Origin: Candidatus Rifleibacteriota bacterium
GTDB taxonomy: Bacteria > Muiribacteriota > Ozemobacteria > Ozemobacterales > Ozemobacteraceae
Assembly: GCA_051747585.1 (NCBI GenBank)
Contig: JBNJGH010000043.1
Coordinates: 1-25,427, forward strand
Length of the DNA stretch: 25,427 nt
Direction of reading: 5' to 3'
The notes under the pieces are model-generated. The model saw only the letters and a list, made by a program, of their open reading frames with translations, was not told where the DNA came from and did not search any database. Below, piece by piece: positions 10,401 to 18,088 of the stretch. The first letter of the stretch is position 1. Each line of letters begins with the position of its first letter. A program made the position numbers and the translations under genes.

Positions 10401-10474
10401 AAGCCGAAAGGATTAATATTGAAAAAGTCAGGGGCAAGCGACAGGAGGTTAAGGTATTCAGTCTCTTCAGCTAG
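7451..10474 (+). CDS. Membrane-bound HAMP + class III cyclase-domain protein, C2-like half (K/T/N/R only)
   Basis: ATGA overlap with the previous gene. TMs, HAMP (SPLQHI...DEFGSISRAFNNM), DYTIIGDPVNVAARL intact. Both metal-binding Asp are replaced (FARL, IGSQ). Confidence 0.85.
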   Translation: MKLPRLLAVISSFVFIFILILILQGNISRSEKSSEDFISQAYTICEEMQYKADVDLQIQQWFAKFREELNEKPGTYFQGWKEPEFLAHNLPPHTLAIAEASEDGRMLRFANIKGNMKEGLAELFVLLSVKYKVKFSDYILKKEFSDKLEECNDLLQDFIGFDAARMNMIVLRSSRMSVYNDVDHRNVWFYWDRFQKKGGGEFFIFSKIRVEDLEPYYAYRSYLKNNLYQRFSCAYYNEEKRTFIASRDFERKVDEDSLKAISRAAASIEKKHADQSEMQFTRLKTKSKLIILGRYIGMAGLRPVVAFDLPARNYGKLADPAKLPFLVILSLVVVFLVNALVFDRGPVVRVGFVLLMAISFAILMPFFLGQSVFDLILKEAYEKERLKIERDLHQTLIGIDSGFKFNQLNLAQRIEEIFKRPEIINKLHQEEVSSTSADLQNSITAELVEIFFADLTEGYSEVPEQYRTLNALIIAGPNGFIRYFNKYRDKKIFSENTLDTIESMYIILTTFKNQLFKLYPEESFDPEFYQQHQKDSESKIEKLKFEEIRDKLQKSLGPEKFHEIMYSKVLSMTLRSTLGRTLITSYPVKYKNKYRYFASVVWDEFSVCPTYLRRAFDLRLKADKREIEASENSFFQKLDPANYISRKPIVLMAYDGFRFDAFSTLDNEPQVLSNLTKDTYRSKMLLKHETSGKDASLYEIFPGKNMSVYVIGAKQNITHLQQIRRLRTSTFIIAMIIYLIFAFFAAKNLSRSFTSPLQHILWGLNRVEKNDYSVRLKANREDEFGSISRAFNNMTRRLSEKDLLGKFVSDPVKRLAADPELLLQACEGVEEEVTIVFARLENFSELALQTREDEARQYLEFSLSKFFKRVEECGGEIDKVIGSQLLIVFFHRKLGKKKAVEAAKKLAETITKDFAGKHSFKPVFGVNMGRVISGIIGAPSVRMDYTIIGDPVNVAARLCSLANSKNRPIIISGQVKEILGEDVKAERINIEKVRGKRQEVKVFSLFS

Positions 10475-11469
10475 GGACCGGCAAAAATTATACGGCCAAA
10501 AACCGCGCTGTGGTCAGAAAACATTTGTTCTGTTTCGAGCCGCCTGGTTGCTAGTCTGGTTTTAAGTGGTTTCTGGCTGACAACCATAATGTAATCAAGC
10601 TTTTTTGTTCTTCGAATTCCGCCTGCTGTAGGCAAATTGCACGAGCCACGTAAAAAGTCAGCCTCAATAAGTTTGCCAATTTCATGAGGCTTTAAATTAA
10701 AATCTCCGCCAAGTATTTTTAAGTCACTGCTAAAACTGCTGACAGTTCGTTTTAACAGTTCGAATTGATTGAAGTTAGGCCTGTAGGAATGCCGGGGCGA
10801 TGACGAATAAAGATGGGTGTTGAAAATCGAAATTTTGTGGCCATCTAGTTCAATATCTGTTTTCAACAAACCTTTTTGAGCTAAAAGTTCTTCGATTTTA
10901 TGGCGTATAGATAATGGATAAGGAATGAATTGCGCATGTTGAATTTTATATTTACACAGGGTTAACAGGCCTGATCTATTGTAAAGACCTGAAGTCTTGA
11001 ACGATAAATTATAGTCAGGCAGCAATCTGGCTATTTCAACAATACTGTTTTTGTCCCAGACTTCTTGTAAAAGAATTATTTCAGGGTCCAGCCTTTTTAT
11101 GGAATTAACGAAATAAGATATTCGTTTTTTCTGTTCTTTTAACAGTGGCGGCGGAAACAGATAAAGATTGGCAGTTATTATCTTGAGACTTTTGTCGCTT
11201 TTAGCACGCCTGTTTGGCTGATTGCGATTTACCGTTATAGTTTTATTGTTGCTCAAAGCTGTATAGACCCCGGTTTTAAAGAAAATTTTATTGATCAGAT
11301 ATCCTGCTAAGCTTCTTTTAAAAGTGGTCAGAGCTTTTTCAATTTTTTTTAGCGGCTTTCGGTCAAACTTTTCGAGCATTCTTTTTCCTGAGCCGTAAAG
11401 ATTTAAGCAGGTAAAAAGAAAGCAAATTGTCAGCAGAAGAGAATTTATTGCCGGCTTAGAGATTTTCAT
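10471..11469 (-). CDS. Endonuclease/exonuclease/phosphatase (EEP) family protein, probably exported
   Basis: Motifs ITAN, LLQEV, SGL, NTHL, GDFN, LDYI and SDH, plus an N-terminal hydrophobic segment. Confidence 0.85.
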   Translation of the reverse strand: MKISKPAINSLLLTICFLFTCLNLYGSGKRMLEKFDRKPLKKIEKALTTFKRSLAGYLINKIFFKTGVYTALSNNKTITVNRNQPNRRAKSDKSLKIITANLYLFPPPLLKEQKKRISYFVNSIKRLDPEIILLQEVWDKNSIVEIARLLPDYNLSFKTSGLYNRSGLLTLCKYKIQHAQFIPYPLSIRHKIEELLAQKGLLKTDIELDGHKISIFNTHLYSSSPRHSYRPNFNQFELLKRTVSSFSSDLKILGGDFNLKPHEIGKLIEADFLRGSCNLPTAGGIRRTKKLDYIMVVSQKPLKTRLATRRLETEQMFSDHSAVFGRIIFAGP

Positions 11470-11606
11470 AATTAAACAATAAATAAATTTGAAATAAAAT
11501 TAAAGTAGTTAAATTGAGAGTAAAAACCGAGCTTTGTCGAGAAAAAAGGCGAAAAAGAACTCTAAGCTTCTAAAAATGGCTTTTAGTGTCGATCATGCTG
11601 CGACGA

Positions 11607-11633
11607 TAAATATATTAGAAGCTAAGACGATAG
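11607..11633 (+). promoter_or_regulatory. Possible sigma28 (FliA)-type promoter
   Basis: TAAA-N15-GACGATAG against the consensus TAAA-N15-GCCGATAA, ~40 bp upstream of the small ORF. Confidence 0.35.
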
Positions 11634-11673
11634 CGAAAAGCCACCCCCCGGTCTGAAAAATAAGGAGCAAAAA

Positions 11674-11793
11674 ATGAAATCAGCAAAGAGAAAAAAAATA
11701 ATAGATAAGCTGATTAATCCGTTTCTGGTTGAACCCTTTATTAAAAGGAATCAACGTTCTTACAAAAGCCCTGCTTTAATAGCAGAACGCTAA
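11674..11793 (+). CDS. Small basic ORF, 39 aa (MKSAKRKKIIDKLINPFLVEPFIKRNQRSYKSPALIAER)
   Basis: SD TAAGGAG (11661-11667) lies 6 nt before the ATG. The stop is just before the SD of the next gene. Confidence 0.55.
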   Translation: MKSAKRKKIIDKLINPFLVEPFIKRNQRSYKSPALIAER

Positions 11794-11809
11794 AATAAGG
11801 AGGCTTGTT

Positions 11810-12751
11810 ATGGCAGTAACCGAAGTAATTGCCAGACTATATGACTCAGGAATGCAGAAACTGGAAAAAAAGGCTGAAGCTGCTGACAAAGAATTCAGCG
11901 AGGTTTTGAATGAATTGAAAAAGTCAGAGCAAAGTGAAGATCAATGCAAAACCTGCACTGAGGACGTGGAAAAAGCAGAGGGTGGTGAAGCAAATGACGC
12001 TATTGAAACCTCTGGCAATGAAGAGGTTGCGTCGGCAGCCGGCTTTAGATTCAGTATATTTATAAGAACAAGCTCCAGCATACAAAGCTATGGAGACGAT
12101 ATGATGAACCGATTCATCGATGCTACCAGAGATTTCACCAAAGCATTATACCAACAGGATACCCAAAAAATAGATGGTCTGGATTCATACCTGGGACAGG
12201 CCCAGCAGGCCGCAACTTCAGGACAACAGCAAACCCTGGATTTTGTCGACCAGATACTCAGTGCAGCAGATAACGGATTGAAAGCTGCCACAAACTCCAT
12301 AAATGCAGCAGGTATGATGTCGGGTTTTAATCTTTCGATGAACTCTGCTATGCCGGGCACGAGCTCAGCCGATATAGCCGGAGTATATTTGCAGGATGCA
12401 TTTAAAAATGGATTTCCGACTAATAATCCAACAACTACAGCAAAAAGCTCTGATTTAAAAATTATTAAGCAACAGACTGATTATGATGAAACAGCTGAAT
12501 TACAGAAGATAAGCAATTCAAATGAACCCGGCGAAAATCAAATTCTGGATAAATTTCTTGAAATGCTCGACGAAATGACATCAAATTTTGAAAAGCCGGC
12601 GTCTGCCATAAGCGAATATAGTTTTAAATTCGCCTACAGCAGCTTGTTTCAATCAAATGCTTCAGGCGTTGAACAGGAAGAAGCAGTTGTTGATTCAGTT
12701 CAAGACAAAGGTACGGATGCGAGTGAAAGTAATGAAACTTTAAAAGCTTAA
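11810..12751 (+). CDS. Hypothetical acidic, low-complexity protein (313 aa)
   Basis: Long ORF with strong SD TAAGGAGG and a downstream terminator. No recognisable catalytic motif. Confidence 0.75.
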   Translation: MAVTEVIARLYDSGMQKLEKKAEAADKEFSEVLNELKKSEQSEDQCKTCTEDVEKAEGGEANDAIETSGNEEVASAAGFRFSIFIRTSSSIQSYGDDMMNRFIDATRDFTKALYQQDTQKIDGLDSYLGQAQQAATSGQQQTLDFVDQILSAADNGLKAATNSINAAGMMSGFNLSMNSAMPGTSSADIAGVYLQDAFKNGFPTNNPTTTAKSSDLKIIKQQTDYDETAELQKISNSNEPGENQILDKFLEMLDEMTSNFEKPASAISEYSFKFAYSSLFQSNASGVEQEEAVVDSVQDKGTDASESNETLKA

Positions 12752-12803
12752 AACCTTCTTAAAATTTAAGGGGGAAAAGGGATATTGGGTGCAAACCATA
12801 TTT

Positions 12804-12833
12804 AACGCCAACAGGAGGTTGGCGTTTTTTTTT
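12804..12833 (+). terminator. Intrinsic terminator
   Basis: AACGCCAAC-AGGAG-GTTGGCGTT followed by a T-run. Confidence 0.85.
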
Positions 12834-12923
12834 GTCTGCTAATATGCTATTTTCAGGTATGTAATTGTAATATTTGAATAAATTTAAATTTTGATTATCT
12901 GAATCAGGCAAAGGAATAAAAGT

Positions 12924-13766
12924 ATGATTAATAAAGACCCGATTAAAGAATTTTATCAGCATAGATGGGCGCTTAATTATGGTGATACGGCCAAAAAAGA
13001 AACTCCCGAATTCTGGGATGAAAGAGCTGGTGATTTTGCTGCCAAAGCCCATTCTGCTAATGCCAAAGCCGATAGCGAAGCTTTTCTTGACCGCTTTAAG
13101 TGGGATGCAAACGAAACAGTTCTTGATGTGGGAGCAGGGCCTGGTACCTTTGCTGTTCCGCTCGCTAAAAGAGTCAAGAAAGTAACTGCTACAGACTTTT
13201 CCCGGGCAATGCTCGATGAATTGAAGAATGCGGCCAAAGAACAAAATGTAAACAATATTGACATTCTAGCGGGACGATGGCTGGAACTTAATCATATAGA
13301 ACCTCATGATACGGTAATTGCTTTAAACAGTCTTGGAGTCATTTCAACCGATGCCAATCATGTCTCTCATCTTGAAATGACGTTAAAAAAGCTTGCAGAA
13401 TGTTGTAAAAAAAGATTGTTAGTTTTGTTGCCCCATGCCGATTCTCCACTTCCGCCAGAATTACGGGCAAAACTCAGCTTAGATGAAATTTCTATCGAGC
13501 GGCGGCGTATCGCGGTTTTATACTACGCAATGATCGATTGTGGCATGCTGCCTTCTTTGCTTATAATTAAAAGGCCTTTTCGCTGGACTTTTAAAGATAT
13601 CGACGAAGCTGTTGAAACTCTTCTGATTAAGGCCGGGGTTAAAGAAACTGGCAAATTCTCTAAAATTATGGAAGAATTTTTGCAAAACCGAATTAAAAAA
13701 GACGAAACAGGTCGTCTTTTTCTTGCTTACGAAATTTCTCAGGCTTTATACGTCTGGGAAAAATAA
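12924..13766 (+). CDS. Class I SAM-dependent methyltransferase
   Basis: Motif I VLDVGAGPG and VTATDFSRAML, with N-terminal FWDERA. Confidence 0.9.
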   Translation: MINKDPIKEFYQHRWALNYGDTAKKETPEFWDERAGDFAAKAHSANAKADSEAFLDRFKWDANETVLDVGAGPGTFAVPLAKRVKKVTATDFSRAMLDELKNAAKEQNVNNIDILAGRWLELNHIEPHDTVIALNSLGVISTDANHVSHLEMTLKKLAECCKKRLLVLLPHADSPLPPELRAKLSLDEISIERRRIAVLYYAMIDCGMLPSLLIIKRPFRWTFKDIDEAVETLLIKAGVKETGKFSKIMEEFLQNRIKKDETGRLFLAYEISQALYVWEK

Positions 13767-13784
13767 AATAAACTCGCTGACATA

Positions 13785-13822
13785 TAAAAAGCCCGACCTG
13801 TTTTTAACAGATCGGGCTTTTA
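13785..13822. terminator. Bidirectional intrinsic terminator
   Basis: AAAAGCCCGAcCTGTT...AACAGaTCGGGCTTTT between convergent genes. Confidence 0.8.
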
Positions 13823-13831
13823 TAGTTTGAG

Positions 13832-15850
13832 TTAAAAAAGTTTTGCTACTGCTTTTTTCACTTCATCTTCATCTGGAATAAAGGGTAGGGTGATCTGGTA
13901 GTCTTTTTCTTTCCTGTTAAATTCCGCGCTTACTTCGACGGCATTTTTGCAGCGGCCCCAGGCTCTTCTGGAAACACCGCACATTACATCCCAGGTCATC
14001 GACTGTCGAATAATTTCATCAACTCTGTCGCTTCCGTCAAGAACAAGACCAAAGCCACCATTAATTGATTTGCTTATTCCTACACCACCGCCGTTGTGCA
14101 GCGATATAAGACTCATGCCCCTTGCTGCATTGCCCGCATAACATTGAATCGCCATTTCCGCAGTTATATTGCTGCCGTCTTTAATGTTTGCAGTTTCGCG
14201 ATAGGGTGAATCAGTTCCGCCGGTATCGTGATGATCACGACCAAGCATAATTGGCCCGGTTTCGCCATTGCGCACCATTTCGTTGAATTTAAGAGCGATT
14301 TTAACTCTGCCTTCTGTATCCTGATAAAGAATTCTCGCTTGTGTTCCCACAACCAGATTGTTTTTTTCAGCGTCTCTTATCCAGACATAGTTGTCACGAT
14401 CTTGAGACCGTCGATTTGGGTCTATGCATTCCATAGCCGCTTTATCTGTTTTCTGAAGATCTTCTTTTCTGCCGCTCAGACAAACCCATCTGAATGGACC
14501 GTAGCCATAATCAAAAAGCATTGGTCCCATAATATCTTCTACATAAGATGGGAAAATAAAGCCTTCTCTGGTATCTTTGCCATTAGCACATATCTCGGCG
14601 ACACCGGCGTCGTATACAGCTCTCATAAAAGCATTGCCGTAATCAAAAAAGTAGGTTCCTCTTTCGCTCAATGTTTTGATTGCTTTGAAATGAGCTTTTA
14701 AAGACTGATCTACCTTTTCTTTGAATTCCTGTGGATTTTTTTCGAGTATTTCTGTTCTTTTCTCGAAGCTCAGACCTTTAGGGCAATAGCCGCCATCGTA
14801 AACTGCGTGACATGAAGTCTGATCAGAAAGCAGCTCAATATGAATATTGTTGTCGACTGCGTATTCAAGCAGATCGACTATGTTGCCGTAAAATGCAATA
14901 GAGGTAGAGCTTTTCTCTTTTACATGCTTGTCTGCCATTTCAAAAGCTTCTTCAGGAGTTTCGGCAATGAGCGAAACCCAGCCCTGCTCATGACGGGTTT
15001 TTATTCTTGAATAGTCAACTTCGGCTACAATTCCTACGCCATTGGCAATTTCGATAGCTTTTGGCTGAGCACCGCTCATGCCACCGAGGCCGGAAGACAC
15101 AAACAGGTGTCCGGTAAGATCTTTGTCAGGTGCAATTCCAAGTTTCATTCGCCCGGCATTTAAAAGGGTGTTGAAAGTTCCGTGAACTATTCCCTGAGGC
15201 CCGATATACATCCAGCCCCCGGCTGTCATCTGGCCATAATTTGTTACTCCCAGTTGCATAGCTCTGTGCCATTCTTCCTGATTATCAAACATGCCAATCA
15301 GAAGGCCATGCGACATAATTACTCTGGGTGCAGATGGATGAGACTTGAACAGGCCCATGGGATGCCCTGACATTACTACCAGAGTTTGATCACTTGTCAG
15401 CTTTTGCAGATATTTTTTTAAAAGGCGGTATTGCATCCAGTTCTGGCAAACCTGACCGGTTTCGCCGTAAGTTACAAGCTCGTATGGGTATAGTGCAATA
15501 TCAAAATCGAGGTTGTTGTCGATCATTACCTGAAAGGCTTTGCCCTCAATGCAATTGCCTTCATACTCGTCGATGGGTTTGCCGTAAATTCTTTCCGTGG
15601 GTCTGAACCTGTAGCCGTAAATTCTGCCTCTGGTTCGCAATTCTTCAAGAAATTCAGGAATAAGTTTCTCGTGTAATTCCGGTGGTATATATCTTAAAGC
15701 ATTTTTGAGAGCGATTTCTGTTTCGTTTCTGGTAAGGTTAAACCCTCTGTCCGGTGCTCTTCTAATACCTTCTTCAAATTTTGGATATTCCGGCAAAACC
15801 GGGTCCAGCTTTATTTTCATGGCTTGTGCAATGTCTTTATTGTTAAGCAT
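13832..15850 (-). CDS. hutU: Urocanate hydratase, long (~670 aa) form
   Basis: Motifs ELVTYGETG, YGQMTAGGWMYIGPQGIVHGT, GLGGMSGAQ, SDQTSCH, GPFRW, GRDHHD, DSPYRET, HNGGGVG. Confidence 0.97.
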   Translation of the reverse strand: MLNNKDIAQAMKIKLDPVLPEYPKFEEGIRRAPDRGFNLTRNETEIALKNALRYIPPELHEKLIPEFLEELRTRGRIYGYRFRPTERIYGKPIDEYEGNCIEGKAFQVMIDNNLDFDIALYPYELVTYGETGQVCQNWMQYRLLKKYLQKLTSDQTLVVMSGHPMGLFKSHPSAPRVIMSHGLLIGMFDNQEEWHRAMQLGVTNYGQMTAGGWMYIGPQGIVHGTFNTLLNAGRMKLGIAPDKDLTGHLFVSSGLGGMSGAQPKAIEIANGVGIVAEVDYSRIKTRHEQGWVSLIAETPEEAFEMADKHVKEKSSTSIAFYGNIVDLLEYAVDNNIHIELLSDQTSCHAVYDGGYCPKGLSFEKRTEILEKNPQEFKEKVDQSLKAHFKAIKTLSERGTYFFDYGNAFMRAVYDAGVAEICANGKDTREGFIFPSYVEDIMGPMLFDYGYGPFRWVCLSGRKEDLQKTDKAAMECIDPNRRSQDRDNYVWIRDAEKNNLVVGTQARILYQDTEGRVKIALKFNEMVRNGETGPIMLGRDHHDTGGTDSPYRETANIKDGSNITAEMAIQCYAGNAARGMSLISLHNGGGVGISKSINGGFGLVLDGSDRVDEIIRQSMTWDVMCGVSRRAWGRCKNAVEVSAEFNRKEKDYQITLPFIPDEDEVKKAVAKLF

Positions 15851-15968
15851 TCCTTTTCCTCCATTTATTAGCCTGAATCTTTTAAGACAATATAATATTT
15901 TTGGCTTGCAAGATAAACCTTTAGTTTGCTTTCTTTTATGTTAGAATTCTTTTCTGGGATTTAAAGCT

Positions 15969-18059
15969 GTGAGCAAAAAGAACTTCAGAACCTACAGACT
16001 TCAGGTGGTGGTTTTCTTTTCATTTCTGGCGCTGTTTTCTCTAATTGTCGCCGGAATAATTTTATATGGTTATCGAACCAACACCGAAATAATGCTTAAA
16101 ACTTCTGACGAACTGCTGTATCAGATCTCAGAAACCATTATCAAGCAAACGGTTAAACACTTGGAACCGGCGCAAAAAACCGGTTATTTGCTCAGGCGGA
16201 TGATTGAAAGAGGAACTACTTTTAACAGCCGTCCAGATCTAATCGAAACCCTCTTTATGGAAACTCTTGATATTTACCCCCAGTTTTCTGCCGTATATCT
16301 GGGCGATGAAAGCGGCAACTTTATTATGTCGCGTAGAAAAATAAACGGCGATTTTACTATAAAAGTTATTTCCCGTACTTCTGAGCCTGTAGGCGTAATA
16401 GAGGTAACCCGTACATCTGGGGGCGAAATGATTAGTACAGACTCGAGTATGGTTATCGACTACGACCCACGCGAAAGACCCTGGTATATAGCCGCCAAAG
16501 AGCAGGAGAAGGCTGTCTGGAGTAGTGAATACCGGCTTTTTTCTGATCAGGTGCCGGGCATTACCAGTGCGCATCCGGTTTTTGATGACAATGGGGCTTT
16601 TCTGGGAGTAATAGGAATAGATTTCAGACTTGGGGAGCTTTCAGAATTTTTAAAAAGCTTGAAAATTGGAAATTCGGGAATTGCCTTCATATTAGATAAA
16701 ACAGGTAATGTTCTTGCCTATCCTGAAAGATCAGACATTCTTGATCGTGTCAATGCCTCACCGCGCTCACCTATACAGGAAGAAATAAATAGCGGCTGGA
16801 TAGGCAAAGCGCTGAATATTTTTCTTGAAAATGAACAAAGAAAATTTATTTTTACTCATAACAGCATTCGCTATATTGCATCTTTCAGACGCTTTCCCCT
16901 AAGCTACGGAAAAGAATGGAACCTGGGCATTGTCGTGCCTGAAGATGATTTTACCGGACCCATTGCCAGAACCCACGAAACAACTCTGCTTTTTTCTTTC
17001 TGGTTACTTATTATTGGCGGATTTTTAACCTCCGCACTTTCGCGAGAGCTTACCGAGCCAATTAAAAGTCTTACTTTCGAAGCAGATAAAATCAAAAGCC
17101 TCGATTTTGAAGGCGAAATAAAAATTAAATCGCCTGTTACCGAAATACAGCGTATGGGCGAAACTATGAATTCAATGAAAAAGGCTTTGAATGCTTTTAA
17201 AAAATATGTTCCTTCAGGCATTGTCCAAAGTCTGGTTTCAACTCGTGACGATGCCAGGCTCGAGGCTCAATCAAAAGAAATAACTCTTCTTTTTACTGAT
17301 ATTTACGATTTTTCTACGATTACCGAGCGTGTGCAACCTGCTGAACTTATGGAGCAGCTTTCATTATATTTCGATGAAATTGGTGCGATTATTCATAAAC
17401 ATGAAGGCACTATCGATAAATATATCGGCGATTCGGTGATGACTTTCTGGGGTGCGCCCCTTAGTGATGATGATCAGGCTTTAAAGGCATGTCGGGCAGC
17501 AATGGAAATTATCGAAGCTGTTGCAAAGCTTAACGAAAATTGGAAAAAACAAAATCGAAACCCTTTGCACACCAGGATAGGTATTAATACAGGAGACTCG
17601 CTCGTGGGAAACTTTGGTTCTTCTGACAGATTCAATTACACCGCTATCGGTGACCAGGTGAATCTGGCCAGCAGGCTCGAGGCGCTGAATAAAATTTATC
17701 TTTCCCGCATTATTGTCAGTGAATCTACCATGCTTAAGGCTTCAGGCGAGTTCGTTTTCAGGCCTTTAGATATTGTTGCGGTAAAAGGAAGGAAAAAAAG
17801 CGTTAAAATTTACCAGCTACTCGGAAGAATTGATGACGAGAAAGCCGAGCAAAATAAAAAGCTTTCTGAGATGACAGTAAAAGCCCTGGAAAAATATCTT
17901 GCCCGCGAATGGAGACAGTCTTACGAGTTATTTCAGGAAATTCTTGGCGAATTTAAAGACGATTATATTTCAGAAATGTATATGATTCGCTGCCGCGAAC
18001 TAAACGAAAAACCTCCGGGAAAAAACTGGGATGGTGTTTTTAAAATAGAATTTAAATGA
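15969..18059 (+). CDS. Membrane adenylate cyclase: TM-Cache-TM-HAMP-class III cyclase, C-terminal TPR-like tail
   Basis: Cache motif YDPRERPWY. Complete catalytic set FTDIYDF, DKYIGD, YTAIGDQVNLASRLE. K and T indicate ATP specificity. Confidence 0.92.
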   Translation: MSKKNFRTYRLQVVVFFSFLALFSLIVAGIILYGYRTNTEIMLKTSDELLYQISETIIKQTVKHLEPAQKTGYLLRRMIERGTTFNSRPDLIETLFMETLDIYPQFSAVYLGDESGNFIMSRRKINGDFTIKVISRTSEPVGVIEVTRTSGGEMISTDSSMVIDYDPRERPWYIAAKEQEKAVWSSEYRLFSDQVPGITSAHPVFDDNGAFLGVIGIDFRLGELSEFLKSLKIGNSGIAFILDKTGNVLAYPERSDILDRVNASPRSPIQEEINSGWIGKALNIFLENEQRKFIFTHNSIRYIASFRRFPLSYGKEWNLGIVVPEDDFTGPIARTHETTLLFSFWLLIIGGFLTSALSRELTEPIKSLTFEADKIKSLDFEGEIKIKSPVTEIQRMGETMNSMKKALNAFKKYVPSGIVQSLVSTRDDARLEAQSKEITLLFTDIYDFSTITERVQPAELMEQLSLYFDEIGAIIHKHEGTIDKYIGDSVMTFWGAPLSDDDQALKACRAAMEIIEAVAKLNENWKKQNRNPLHTRIGINTGDSLVGNFGSSDRFNYTAIGDQVNLASRLEALNKIYLSRIIVSESTMLKASGEFVFRPLDIVAVKGRKKSVKIYQLLGRIDDEKAEQNKKLSEMTVKALEKYLAREWRQSYELFQEILGEFKDDYISEMYMIRCRELNEKPPGKNWDGVFKIEFK

Positions 18060-18088
18060 TTAACTGCTTTAAGACGTTCCCGGGTGGT

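Noticed and set aside
4560..10474. Cyclase pair as decaying pseudogenes
   Set aside because: Both ORFs are long, intact and translationally coupled, and the residue losses are complementary rather than random.
12759..13244. 161-aa antisense ORF and the other short ORFs nested in long genes
   Set aside because: They are shadow ORFs overlapping well-supported genes, with no motifs or clear SD.
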